Below are positions 12,068 to 24,700 of a DNA stretch of 64,000 nt, piece after piece. Origin of the DNA: Eledone cirrhosa (lineage: Eukaryota); the NCBI GenBank assembly GCA_964016885.1, contig OZ024741.1, positions 33,914,001 through 33,978,000 on the forward strand, given 5' to 3'. The translations under genes were made by a program, and so were the position numbers. The number at the start of each line of letters is the position of its first letter. The stretch's first letter is position 1. Below the pieces are notes generated by a model, which was given only the letters and a program-made list of their open reading frames with translations, made no database searches and was not told the origin of the DNA.

Positions 12068-13422
12068 GAGAAGTGTGTAGGAACAGAGTTCAAAGGGTGT
12101 GTAGGGGAGTGGTGGAGAGACATATAGCGAAAGGAAACGGTGCGAATGAAATTAAAAATAAAAATAAAGCATGATCAAAATACAAGGAATGAAATAAATT
12201 TAAATATAAAAGCATGATCAAAATAAACTGAAATTAAAAGGGGAGTAAAACAGGTGGTGGAAGGGTGTTGGGTGTGTAGGGGTGGTGGCGGGTGGAGTGG
12301 GGAGAGGGAGACGGGGTGTCCGAGCGGGGAGGGCTGAAGGTGGTGTGTGTGTGTAGGTGTACGTGTATGTGAAAGTAAGGGTTGGGGGAAGAACGGGGTT
12401 GCATGTTCAGGAAGAGGTGTGTGTGTGTGGGGGGGGGGTTGTAGGTCGGAGTGTCTGTGCGTGTGTGGATAGAGGGGTGGGGGGAGAGGAATCAGGAGGC
12501 TGAGGGTGTAAATATGTGGTGGAAAGCACGTGTGTGTGGGGTTTAAGCGTGTTGTGGGTGTAGGTGGCGTGTGGAGAAAAAAATTTTTTGGGGTGTGTGT
12601 GTGGGTGAGTTATATAGGTGATTACGTAAGAGGATGGTTGAAAAGTTGGTAAAATCCGATGATGTTTAGTGGATTCTGTGCTGGTCAAGTTCTCCGTATG
12701 AGTATTCCATGAAGCGATGGTCGGAAGAGGAGAGATGTGGGGTGCGCGCGCAACAGGAAGTGGTCAAGCAGTAGGAGTGCTGTGTGTCTGTTTGTGCTGG
12801 GAGGTGGTCAGAAGGCATAGCAGCAGTCGGTGGAATGGTAAAGGGGCGAGGATGGGTAGGTGTGAAAGTTGGAGTGAGGAGGGTGTGTGTGTGTGCGTAT
12901 TAGTAGAGGTGTTAGTGGGATGAGTGAGTGTGGAGCGAGGGTGTGGGTGGAGCGGGGAGAGAAGGGTGTGTGTAGTTCTATGGAGGGAGTGTGGTGTACT
13001 GGTGTGTGTAGTAGTTTGATGAAGGGGTGTTAGTGGGTGTTAGTATACGGGAGGTGGGGAGGGGTTGAATGCAGGTGTGAGTGGGGGTTAGTGGTGGTAG
13101 GGTGTGTAGAGTTGGTGGTGTACGAGGGTGTGTGGGTACGTGTGCGTGGGGTTGGGGGGTGTTAGTGAGGTTAGTTGCGGGGTGGTGGGATGAAGGTGTG
13201 GGGGTGAGAGGTGTGGGGGTGAGGGTTAGTGGTGGTAGTAGGGTATGTGTTTAGTGTGAGCGCGTGTATATATGTGCCGGTGGGTGTGTGCGTGGGATAA
13301 GGAGGGGGGAGGAGGAGAAGAAGGGAGGGATGTGTATGTTAGTTGGGGAAGGGTGGTCAGATGAGGGGTGTGTTAGTGATGTTAGTGGGGGATAAGTGTG
13401 GGGGGAGGGGGGCGGTCGAAGG

Positions 13423-13482
13423 CTAAAGGAATAAGGGTGGGGAGTTCAGGCCGGGGGGAGTGTGGGTCTGTAAGATGAAGAT
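13423..13482 (-). pseudogene. C-terminal remnant of Penelope GIY-YIG endonuclease ORF
   Basis: Translates IFILQTHTPPGLNSPPLFL*, matching the I-x2-L-x-T-x2-P-x-G-L-N motif that closes Penelope GIY-YIG domains. Confidence 0.7.
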
Positions 13483-13510
13483 AGTATATATATATAGATA
13501 GTATATATAT

Positions 13511-13584
<74 letters not shown>

Positions 13585-13589
<5 letters not shown>

Positions 13590-13956
13590 CTTGGGTCTTG
13601 AATATTTGTTCGTCCTCGCTTAGTAATTTTTCAGATTTTTTCCAGCCCCCAGCTTATTAAACTTGTTAATCTATCTCAGGTGAAGTTATATTGTAAGTGG
13701 TAGCATTCCCGTGACACTTAATTTTCTTAATATATTAAAAAAAAACATTGTACATGACAAAAAGTACATTACTAGAAATCCCATATGTTATAAAATAAAT
13801 AGGATGGGTTGGGGGTCTCAATATGTAAACTAAATGACTAATTCTGGTTTTTAAAATATCAATGGAGACAACCTAGAAAAATTATGATCCCCCCCCTACT
13901 TAATCCCCTCTCTCCCCGCTTATTCCAACTCCCTCCTATTTTGGGGACCTAAGAGT
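13585..13956. mobile_element. DNA-transposon MITE with degenerate TIRs
   Basis: Start TACCCTTGGGTC versus end GGGGACCTAAGAGTA; the 3' two-thirds is repeated at 19176-19385. Confidence 0.55.
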
Positions 13957-14237
13957 ATATTATCATACTTCTATAGCACTTGTTGTTTAACCCTAGGTCC
14001 CAGATTGAGCAGAACTATGATCCACGATATTCCAGTATTGACCATACCTGTCATTTATTAATGTAGGAGGACCATATTATACATTGTTGTTTTAATATGG
14101 TAGGATATGATTTGAGGGAGATTTGACTTCTATTTCTAGCATGTTGAGATCCCTGCATTAGCTAGTTCTATAACAAGTATAGCTGTTGTTATTTGTGGAT
14201 CAATTAAATAACTCTCACTTGAACAGTATATCTCACC

Positions 14238-14777
14238 TATGTCCTACATGCCCCACAGGCCCTACATGTCCTACATGCCCTACATGTCCTGCAGGTCCTA
14301 CATGTCCTGCAGGTCCTACATGTCCTGCAGGTCCTACATACTCTACATGTTCTACAGTACCTACATGTCCTACATATCCTACATGCTCTACAGGTCCTAC
14401 ATGCACCACAGGCCCTACATGTCCTACAGGCCCTATATATCCTGCATGCCCTACATGTCCTACAGTTCCTACATGCCCTACATGGTCCTACATGCTCTAC
14501 ATGTCATACAGTACCTACATGCCCCACAGGTTACATGTCCTACATGCCCCACAGGTCATACAGGGCCTACATATCCTACATGCTCTACATGTCCTACATG
14601 CTCTACATGTCCTACATGCTCTACATGTCCTACATGGTCCTAGATGCCCCACAGGTCCTACAGGCCCTACATGCCCTATATGTCCTACAGTTCCTACATG
14701 CCCTACACACCCTACAGGCCCTACACGTCCTACATGTCCTACAGGCACTACATGTCCTACATGTCCTACAGGCCCTG
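14238..14777. repeat. 9-bp minisatellite (CCTACATGT consensus)
   Basis: Directly visible; gives the CPT-repeat spurious ORF. Confidence 0.9.
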
Positions 14778-14952
14778 TAGCCTGGATGATAGTGTTGCTA
14801 TGAACAACAGCTGGGGATATTTTCTGTGGCATTCAATCTTCATTGGGTTTCTCCTTCCTCCTACATGGTAACCTCATGTGGACTTGGTAACCTCATGTGG
14901 ACTTGGTAGAGGGGAGTACCATCTTGTCTACTGAGATGAAAACCTTAATAAT

Positions 14953-15722
14953 TGTGTGTGGGGGATAGTGTGTGGGAGAGTGTGTGGGAGATAGTGTGTG
15001 TGTGAGAGAGTGTGTGGGAGATAGTGTGTGTGTGGGATAGTGTGTGTGAGAGAGTGTGTGGGAGATAGTGTGTGTGTGGGATAGTGTGTGTGAGAGAGTG
15101 TGTGGGAGATAGTGTGTGTGTGAGAGTGTGTGTGAGAGAGTGTGTGGGAGATAGTGTGTGTGTGAGAGAGTGTGTGGGGGGGATAGTGTGTGTGTGAGAG
15201 AGTGTGTGTGGGAGATAGTGTGTGTGTGGGATAGTATGTGTGAGAGAGTGTGTGTGTGGGATAGTGTGTGTGAGAGAGTGTGTGGGAGATAGTGTGTGTG
15301 TGAGAGAGTGTGGGAGATAGTGTGTGGGGGGGATAGTGTGTGTGTGAGAGAGTGTGTGGGGGGGATAGTGTGTGTGGGAGATAGTGTGTGTGTGAGAGAG
15401 TGTGTGGGAGATAGTGTGTGGGGGGGGATAGTGTGTGTGTGAGAGAGTGTGTGGGGGGGGGATAGTGTGTGTGGGAGATAGTGTGTGTGTGGGATAGTGT
15501 GTGTGAGAGAGTGTGTGGGAGATAGTGTGTGTGTGGGATAGTGTGTGTGAGAGAGTGTGTGGGAGATAGTGTGTGTGTGGGAGATAGTGTGTGTGGGGGG
15601 GGATAGTGTGTGGGGGGGATAGTGTGTGTGGGAGATAGTGTGTGTGAGAGAGTGTGTGTGAGAGTGTGTGTGGGGGATAGTGTGTGTGGGGGGATAGTGT
15701 GTGTGTGAGAGTGTGTGTGTGT
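14953..15722. repeat. GT/GA-rich compound repeat (GGGAGATAGTGTGTGT...)
   Basis: Directly visible. Confidence 0.9.
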
Positions 15723-15949
15723 GTTAGTGGCAGGAAGTACATTGATGTATTTGGTCCTTTTTTGATCTTGAGCTTTAAGCTTTTCATTCAGTGACATAAG
15801 AGTTCTCTGTTGCTCCATTGAAATCTGAGCTTCTATGAGTTTCACACACTGACCCTCTTACCCCTGCACGGATGTGTAGTGGTCATTAAGCCCATAGCTT
15901 CCTTCCTTTTTATTTGGATGGCTCTGGTGTTCGCCGTGGTTGTGGTATT

Positions 15950-18900
15950 GATGCTGGTGGTTGTGATAATAGTAGTAGTAGTGTTGATGGTGGTGGTGAT
16001 AATAGTAGTAGTGGTGTTGGTGGTGGTGGTGATAATAGTAGTAGTAGTGTTGATGGTGGTGGTGATAATAGTAGCTGTGGTTGTGGTAGTAGTGTTGGTG
16101 GTGGTGATGGTTGTAGTAGTACCAGTGGTTGTGGTAGTAGTGTTGATAGTGGTGGTGGTGTTGGTGGTGATAATAGTAGTAGTAGTGTTGATGGTGGTGG
16201 TGATAATAGTAGCTGTGGTTGTGGTAGTAGTGTTGGTGGTGGTGATGGTTGTAGTAGTACCAGTGGTTGTGGTAGTAGTGTTGATAGTGGTGTTGGTGTT
16301 GGTGGTGATAATAGTAGTAGTGTTGATGGAGGTGGTGATAATAGTAGCTGTGGTTGTGGTAGTAGTGTGGGTGGTGGTGATGGTTGTAGTAGTACCAGTG
16401 GTTGTGGTAGTAATGTTGATAGTGGTGGTGGTGGTATTGGTGGTGATAATAGTAGTAGTAGTGTTGATGGTGGTGGTGATAATAGTAGCTGTGGTTGTGG
16501 TAGTAGTGTTGGTGGTGGTGATGGTTGTAGTAGTACCAGTGGTTGTGGTAGTAGTGTTGATAGTGGTGGTGGTGTTGGTGGTGATAATAGTAGTAGTAGT
16601 GTTGATGGTGGTGGTGATAATAGTAGCTGTGGTTGTGGTAGTAGTGTTGGTGGTGGTGATGGTTGTAGTAGTACCAGTGGTTGTGGTAGTAGTGTTGATA
16701 GTGGTGGTGGTGTTGGTGGTGATAATAGTAGTAGTAGTGTTGATGGTGGTGGTGATAATAGTAGCTGTGGTTGTGGTAGTAGTGTTGGTGGTGGTGATGG
16801 TTGTAGTAGTACCAGTGGTTGTGGTAGTAGTGTTGATAGTGGTGGTGGTGTTGGTGGTGATAATAGTAGTAGTAGTGTTGATGGTGGTGGTGATAATAGT
16901 AGCTGTGGTTGTGGTAGTAGTGTTGGTGGTGGTAATGGTTGTAGTAGTACCAGTGGTTGTGGTAGTAGTGTTGATAGTGGTGGTGGTGTTGGTGGTGATA
17001 ATAGTAGTAGTAGTGTTGATGGTGGTGGTGATAATAGTAGCTGTGGTTGTGGTAGTAGTGTTGGTGGTGGTGATGGTTGTAGTAGTACCAGTGGTTGTGG
17101 TAGTAGTGTTGATAGTGGTGTTGGTGTTGGTGGTGATAATAGTAGTAGTGTTGATGGAGGTGGTGATAATAGTAGCTGTGGTTGTGGTAGTAGTGTGGGT
17201 GGTGGTGATGGTTGTAGTAGTACCAGTGGTTGTGGTAGTAATGTTGATAGTGGTGGTGGTGGTATTGGTGGTGATAATAGTAGTAGTAGTGTTGATGGTG
17301 GTGGTGATAATAGTAGCTGTGGTTGTGGTAGTAGTGTTGGTGGTGGTGATGGTTGTAGTAGTACCAGTGGTTGTGGTAGTAGTGTTGATAGTGGTGGTGG
17401 TGTTGGTGGTGATAATAGTAGTAGTAGTGTTGATGGTGGTGGTGATAATAGTAGCTGTGGTTGTGGTAGTAGTGTTGGTGGTGGTAATGGTTGTAGTAGT
17501 ACCAGTGGTTGTGGTAGTAGCGTTGATAGTGGTGGTGGTGGTATTGGTGGTGATAATAGTAGTAGTAGTGTTGATGGTGGTGGTGATAATAGTAGCTGTG
17601 GTTGTGGTAGTAGTGTTGGTGGTAGTACCAGTGGTTGTGGTAGTGGTGTTGATAGTGGTGGTGGTGGTGGTGATAATAGTAGTAGTAGTGTTGATGGTGG
17701 TGGTGATAATAGTAGCTGTGGTTGTGGTAGTAGTGTTGGTGCTGGTGGTGGTGATGGTTGTAGTAGTACCAGTGGTTGGGGTAGTAGTGTTGATAGTGGT
17801 GGTAGTGGTGGTGGTGATAATAGTAGTAGTAATGTTGATGGTGGTGGTGGTGATAATAGTAGCTGTGGTTGTGGTAGTAGTGTTGGTGGTGGTGGTGGTG
17901 ATAATAGTAGCTGTGGTTGTGGTAGTAGTGTTGGTGGTGGTAATGGTTGTAGTAGTACCAGTGGTTGTGGTAGTAGTGTTGATAGTGGTGGTGGTGTTGG
18001 TGGTGATAATAGTAGTAGTAGTGTTGATGGTGGTGGTGATAATAGTAGCTGTGGTTGTGGTAGTAGTGTTGGTGGTGGTGATGGTTGTAGTAGTACCAGT
18101 GGTTGTGGTAGTGGTGTTGATAGTGGTGGTGGTGGTGGTGGTGATAATAGTAGTAGTGTTGATGGAGGTGGTGATAATAGTAGCTGTGGTTGTGGTAGTA
18201 GTGTGGGTGGTGGTGATGGTTGTAGTAGTACCAGTGGTTGTGGTAGTGGTGTTGATAGTGGTGGTGGTGGTGATAATAGTAGTAGTGTTGATGGTGGTGG
18301 TGATAATAGTAGCTGTGGTTGTGGTAGTAGTGTTGGTGGTGGTGATGGTTGTAGTAGTACCAGTGGTTGTGGTAGTGGTGTTGATAGTGGTGGTGGTGGT
18401 GATAATAGTAGTAGTGTTGATGGTGGTGGTGATAATAGTAGCTGTGGTTGTGGTAGTAGTGTTGGTGCTGGTGGTGGTGATGGTTGTAGTAGTACCAGTG
18501 GTTGGGGTAGTAGTGTTGATAGTAGTGGTAGTGGTGGTGGTGGTGATAATAGTAGTAGTAATGTTGATGGTGGTGGTGATAATAGTAGCTGTGGTTGTGG
18601 TAGTAGTGTTGGTGCTGGTGGTGGTGATGGTTGTAGTAGTACCAGTGGTTGGGGTAGTAGTGTTGATAGTGGTGGTAGTGGTGGTGGTGATAATAGTAGT
18701 AGTAATGTTGATGGTGGTGGTGGTGATAATAGTAGCTGTGGTTGTGGTAGTAGTGTTGGTGGTGGTGATAATAGTAGCTGTGGTTGTGGTAGTAGTGGTG
18801 GTGGTGGTGGTGGTGGTTGTAGTAGTACCACTGGTTGTGATAGTAGTGTTGATAGTGGTGGTAGTGGTGGTGATAATAGTAGCTGTAGTTATAGTAGTAG
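15950..18900. repeat. ~138-bp higher-order repeat built from GGT/AGT/GAT triplets (~20 units)
   Basis: Marker ACCAGTGG recurs at 16121, 16259, 16394, 16535, 16673, 16811 and onward (period 135-141). Confidence 0.95.
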
Positions 18901-19175
18901 TAGCTGTTGTGGTGGTAGTAGTGTTGGTGGTGGTGGTATTCACGATAGCAATAGTGGTGGTTGTGGTTGGTGTTTGTGGTGATTGTAGTGGCAGTGGTTA
19001 TGGTAGTAGTAGTGTTGATGGTGGTGGTTGTGGCAGTGGTGGTAGCAGAAGTGTTTTTGATGGTGGTGGTGGTGCTGCTGCTGATTATTATGTGATTATA
19101 GTGGTTGGTTAATCTATTGTTGATAGTGGTGGTATGGTTGTTATAGTGTTATGTGGACACACGAGTCATTTACCA

Positions 19176-19385
19176 TAGCATTCCTGCAACAATTAATTTT
19201 CTTTAGACTTTAAAAAACATTATAAGTGACAAAAAAAGTACATTACTTGGGGTCTTAATATGTAAACTAAATGACTAATTCTGGTTTTAAAAAAAAATCA
19301 ACTAAGACAACCTAGAAAAATTACCAACCCCACTTATTCCAACACCCCTGCTTATTCTTCCCCTATTATTTGGGACCCAAGAGTA
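19176..19385. mobile_element. Partial second copy of the 13585-13956 MITE
   Basis: Shares ATATGTAAACTAAATGACTAATTCTGGTTTT...GACAACCTAGAAAAATTA...GGGACC.AAGAGTA. Confidence 0.6.
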
Positions 19386-19705
19386 GACAGAAACTGTCAC
19401 AACGCACACTGTGTCATGCCGAATCTCAATGAGAATGCTCAGCCACTTACACATAAATTTCATGGGGTAGGATGTTCTTTTTATCTCTTCACAATTCTTT
19501 AGGGTACAGCTTTATTTCGTTTGACATGCAGTTTTCTGTATCTATATCATGGTGCATAACTTTTTTTGTTTTCCTTTCTAATCTTTGGTTAGTACAATCT
19601 TTGTAATATTTTCACTAATCTACTCCATTCCTATTCACCATTCTGATGAATTTCTGAGCCTGCTCTCACTTAGCAAAAGATATATTTTTATTAACTGGGT
19701 TATTC

Positions 19706-19970
19706 ACAGCTATGATACGATGAACATGTAGTTAGAATGTCTTAGGAAAGAGTCGCTGGACAAACTTTACAAGCAAAACCAACCGGCAAGAGACCCAAAG
19801 GTAGACCCCAAGCAAGATGGTTGGATAACATCCATGAGCTTGGCTGGTCTCACTTGGGAATTCAGCCAGATCAGTTGGAGACAGTTGCTTCTGACAGGAC
19901 CTGCTGGAAGGAGTGTTTGAGGACTCTGCCCTCACAACTCTCTCAGGAATAAGTGGGCAAAGAAGAAGAA
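19706..19970 (+). mobile_element. 5'-truncated RTE LINE 3' end with (AAG)n tail and 9-bp TSD
   Basis: Translates ..EHVVRM..KPTGKRPKGRPQARWLDNI..DRTCW; flanked by GGGTTATTC at 19697-19705 and 19971-19979. Confidence 0.8.
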
Positions 19971-20189
19971 GGGTTATTCTTTATATCAACAGTTAAAAAC
20001 ATTTTATTCTACATTAAATGTTTATAATAATAACAATAATAATAATAATAATAAATACTTTTAAAGTGATTAAAAAAAACTATTTCCAAAGCTTTGTATG
20101 ATAATGGTTTCATTTTTTACTCACTTTGGCTGCAAGACAAAAACATTTTCAATCTGGCCAACCTTCAAAATAGTTTACTGAACACTTCC

Positions 20190-21490
20190 TAAAGATGGTG
20201 GATTGGTACAATTGTTAAAACAATTTGGTATTTGTTCTCTTTCCATCTCGTGTTCTAATCCTGCCAAGGTTAACTTTACCTTTCACTCTCTTAGGATCAA
20301 TAACATAAAGTACCAGTCAAGTACTGGGGTCAATGTAATCAACTTAACTCTTTAACATTTACATTACTCTATATTTACTATTGTATTTTTGCGGTAAAGG
20401 CTTTATCTCATATAATTATCTCACATAATATCGAATCTATGAGATTTTGAATTTATTTATTTTGAGAACAATACCTTAATATCAGTATGAGTGGCCAGTT
20501 ATGGCCGGTTTGAACAGAAAGAGGTGAGAAAATTCTGGCCGGATGCAGCTGGTTTAAATGCTAAAGGGTTAAATGTCACCCCTCAACAAAACTGCTGGCC
20601 TTGTACTTAATTAGAAATCAGAACATCAGACAACATAATTTGTGGTATTCTCGCTCTTTACATTCTGAGTTCAAATCCTGCCAAGGTCAGCTTTGTCTTT
20701 CATTCTTCTTGGGGGGATAAAATAAAGCACCACTCATGTACGGGGGGTGTCAATATGACTGACTTTCCCCATCCCCCAAATTCCTGACCATTTGCCAATG
20801 TTACAATGAAAGAAATTGTTATTATAATTTTATAATTAGGCAGTGGATTGCCAGTATCGGTAGAGCATCAGACACCATGCTTCATGTCATAAAGTTACGT
20901 CCCTTTATGTTCTGAGTTCAAATCTCGCTGAGGTTAGCTTTGCCTTTCATTCTTACGGGGTCGATAAAATAAAGTACCAGTAATGCACTGAAGTCAATTT
21001 AATCGACGTTCCCCTTTCCCCTATCTTTAATAGAATTAAGGCTCAGAATGTGAAGTTCTGTTGCTTAGAGGTTAGAGAATTGGATTCACAATCATGAGGC
21101 TGCAAGTTCAATTCCATGGCAGACTGATATTGTGTTATGTCCTTAAGCAAGACACTTTATTTTCTATTGCTCTTTCAGCTAGGTGTTCCATATGGTAGAT
21201 AGTATTATCAATGGAAAGATCAAGGGAAACTGATTTGACATGTTCCACCCCACTCAGTAAGCGAATGAGGTCTGAAATCTTGTCGATTTATTGCCATTGG
21301 ACACTCTGCTTCACGGCATAGAGTTACCGCTCTTTACGTCCTGAGTTCAAATCTTGGCAAGGTTAGCTTTGCCTTTCATCCTTACGAGGTTGATGAAATA
21401 AAGTACCAGTTATGCACTGAGGTCGATTTAATCGACTTTCTCTTCCCCAAAATTGTTGGCCTTGTGCCTAAATCAGAAACCATTATTAGG
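20190..21490 (+). mobile_element. Cluster of ~4 family A tRNA-derived SINE copies plus one family B-like head
   Basis: Repeated TTCTGAGTTCAAATC...TTTGCCTTTCAT.CTTACGGGGTCGATAAAATAAAGTACCAG central motif at ~20250, ~20660, ~20910 and ~21340. Confidence 0.8.
20344..20572. mobile_element. piggyBac-like MITE, uninterrupted copy
   Basis: TTAA-CTCTTTAACATT ... AATGCTAAAGGG-TTAA: TIRs plus TTAA target duplication; inserted into a SINE. Confidence 0.75.
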
Positions 21491-21739
21491 GCTATAGATT
21501 AATATATCATTAGAGTAGTGATTAAGATGGCCCCTGGTTTCATTCTGTTACAGTCCTTTACATTCTCTTAAAATAAGGCTGACATTGATTTTGTCTTTGT
21601 AGTAATATTAAGAAGTTGATAGTAGTAGTTGTAGTAATAGTGATGGTGGCAGTAGTGGTGGTTGTAGTAGTGATGGTGGCGGTGGTGGTGGTAGTGGTGG
21701 TGGTGGTAGTTGTAGTATAGGTGATAGTGGTGATATTCT

Positions 21740-24700
21740 GTGGTAGTGGTGGTAGTGGTAGTGGTTGTAGTGGTTGTGTTCTCTGGTAGTGGTAGTGGTT
21801 GTGTTCCGTGGTAGTGGTAGTGGTTGTATTCTGTGGTAGTGGTAGTGGTGGTAGTGGTTGTATTCTGTAGTGGTGGTAGTGGTTGTGTTCTGTGGTTGTG
21901 GTAATGGTAGTGGTGGTAGTGGTTGTATTCTGTGGGAGTGGTAGTGGTTGTGTTCTGTGGTAGTTGTAGTGGTTGTGTTCTGTGGTAGTGGTAGTGGTTG
22001 CGTTCTGTGGTAGTGGTAGTGGTTGTGTTCTGTGGTAGTGGTTGTAGTGGTTGTGTTCTGTAGTGGTGGTAGTGGTTGTAGTGGTTGTGTTCTGTGGTAG
22101 TGGTAGTGGTTGTGTTCTGTGGTAGTGGTAGTGGTTGTAGTGGTTGTGTTCTGTAGTGGTGGTAGTGGTTGTAGTGGTTGTGTTCTGTGGTAGTTGTAGT
22201 GGTTGTGTTCTGTGGTAGTTGTAGTGGTTGTGTTCTGTGGTAGTGGTTGTGTTCTGTGGTAGTGGTAGTGGTTGTGTTCTGTGGTAGTTGTAGTGGTTGT
22301 GTTCTGTGGTAGTGGTAGTGGTTGTGTTCTGTGGTAGTAGTAGTGGTTGTGTTCTGTGGTAGTGGTAGTGGTTGTGTTCTGTGGTAGTGGTAGTGGTTGT
22401 AGTGGTGGTAGTGGTTGTAGTGATTGTGTTCTGTGGTAGTGGTAGTGGTTGTAGTGGTTGTGTTCTGTGGTAGTTGTAGTGGTTGTGTTCTGTGGTAGTG
22501 GTAGTGGTTGTGTTCTGCAGTGGTGGTAGTGGTTGTAGTGGTTGTGTTCTGTGGTTGTGTTCTGTGGTAGTTGTAGTGGTTGTGTTCTGTGGTAGTGGTA
22601 GTGTTCTGTGGTAGTGGTAGTAGTTGTGTTCTGTGGTAGTGGTAGTGGTTGTGTTCTGTGGTAGTGGTAGTGGTTGTGTTCTGTGGTAGTGGTTGTAGTG
22701 GTTGTGTTCTGTGGTAGTGGTTGTGTTCTGTGGTAGTGGTAGTAGTTGTGTTCTGTGGTAGTTGTAGTGGTTGTGTTCTGTGGTAGTGGTTGTGTTCTGT
22801 GGTAGTGGTAGTAGTTGTGTTCTGTGGTAGTGGTTGTAGTGGTTGTGTTCTGTAGTGGTGGTAGTGGTTGTAGTGGTTGTGTTCTGTGGTAATGGTAGTG
22901 GTTGTTGTGTTCTGTGGTAGTTGTAGTGGTTGTGTTCTGTGGTAGTGGTTGTGTTCTGTGGTAGTGGTAGTGGTTGTGTTCCGTGGTAGTGGTAGTGGTT
23001 GTATTCTGTGGTAGTTGTAGTGGTGGTAGTGGTTGTGTTCTGTGGTTGTGGTAATGGTAGTGGTGGTAGTGGTTGTATTCTGTGGGAGTGGTAGTGGTTG
23101 TGTTCTGTGGTAGTTGTAGTGGTTGTGTTCTGTGGTAGTGGTAGTGGTTGCGTTCTGTGGTAGTGGTAGTGGTTGTGTTCTGTGGTAGTGGTTGTAGTGG
23201 TTGTGTTCTGTAGTGGTGGTAGTGGTTGTAGTGGTTGTGTTCTGTGGTAGTGGTAGTGGTTGTGGTTGTGTTCTGTGGTAGTGGTTGTAGTGGTTGTGTT
23301 CTGTAGTGGTGGTAGTGGTTGTAGTGGTTGTGTTCTGTGGTAGTGGTAGTGGTTGTGTTCTGTGGTAGTGGTAGTGGTTGTAGTGGTTGTGTTCTGTAGT
23401 GGTGGTAGTGGTTGTAGTGGTTGTGTTCTGTGGTAGTTGTAGTGGTTGTGTTCTGTGGTAGTTGTAGTGGTTGTGTTCTGTGGTAGTGGTTGTGTTCTGT
23501 GGTAGTGGTAGTGGTTGTGTTCTGTGGTAGTTGTAGTGGTTGTGTTCTGTGGTAGTGGTTGTGTTCTGTGGTAGTAGTAGTGGTTGTGTTCTGTGGTAGT
23601 GGTAGTGGTTGTGTTCTGTGGTAGTGGTAGTGGTTGTAGTGGTGGTAGTGGTTGTAGTGATTGTGTTCTGTGGTAGTGGTAGTGGTTGTAGTGGTTGTGT
23701 TCTGTGGTAGTTGTAGTGGTTGTGTTCTGTGGTAGTGGTAGTGGTTGTGTTCTGCAGTGGTGGTAGTGGTTGTAGTGGTTGTGTTCTGTGGTTGTGTTCT
23801 GTGGTAGTTGTAGTGGTTGTGTTCTGTGGTAGTGGTAGTGTTCTGTGGTAGTGGTAGTAGTTGTGTTCTGTGGTAGTGGTAGTGGTTGTGTTCTGTGGTA
23901 GTGGTAGTGGTTGTGTTCTGTGGTAGTGGTTGTAGTGGTTGTGTTCTGTGGTAGTGGTTGTGTTCTGTGGTAGTGGTAGTAGTTGTGTTCTGTGGTAGTT
24001 GTAGTGGTTGTGTTCTGTGGTAGTGGTTGTGTTCTGTGGTAGTGGTAGTAGTTGTGTTCTGTGGTAGTGGTTGTAGTGGTTGTGTTCTGTAGTGGTGGTA
24101 GTGGTTGTAGTGGTTGTGTTCTGTGGTAATGGTAGTGGTTGTTGTGTTCTGTGGTAGTTGTAGTGGTTGTGTTCTGTGGTAGTGGTTGTGTTCTGTGGTA
24201 GTGGTAGTGGTTGTGTTCTGTGGTAGTGGTAGTGGTTGTGTTCTGTGGTAGTTGTAGTGGTTGTGTTCTGTTGTAGTGGTAGTGTTCTGTGGTAGTGGTA
24301 GTAGTTGTGTTCTGTGGTAGTGGTAGTGGTTGTGTTCTGTGGTAGTGGTTGTAGTGGTTGTGTTCTGTGGTAGTGGTATTGGTTGTGTTTAGTGGTAGTG
24401 GTTGTAGTGGTTGTAGTGGTTGTGTTCTGTGGTAGTGGTTGTGTTCTGTGGTAGTGGTTGTGTTTAGTGGTAGTTGTAGTGGTTGTGTTCTGTAGTGGTG
24501 GTTGTAGTGGTTGTGTTCTGTGGTAGTGGTTGTAGTGGTTGTGTTCTGTGGTAGTGGTAGTGGTTGTAGTGGTTGTGTTCTGTGGTAGTGGTAGTGGCGG
24601 TAGTGGTAGTGTTCTAGGGTAGTGGTAGTGGTTGTTTTCTGTGGTAGTGGTTGTAGTGGTTGTGTTCTGTGGTAGTGGTTGTAGTGGTTGTGTTCTGTGG

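Larger units (their letters stand above)
11945..13484 (-). mobile_element. Penelope-like retroelement, 5'-truncated (end of GIY-YIG ORF, C-rich 3' UTR, minimal HHR)
   Basis: Bounded by (TA)n on both sides; IFILQTHTPPGLN motif at its 5' end; minimal HHR near its 3' end; terminal ~45 bp also present at 54832-54878. Confidence 0.75.

Noticed and set aside
14186-14803. Cys/Pro/Thr-rich (metallothionein- or keratin-like) protein
   Set aside because: Translation of a 9-bp minisatellite with frame switches and no splice or start support.
15725-15950. Host coding exon (LIEAQISMEQQRTLMSLNEKLK..)
   Set aside because: In-frame stop just upstream and no splice signals; KRTKYINVL resembles RTE C-termini, so probably a decayed LINE relic.
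19643-19740. Hammerhead from CTGATGA at 19643
   Set aside because: No GAAA with a pairable stem II; the apparent 3' half belongs to the RTE insertion defined by the GGGTTATTC TSD.
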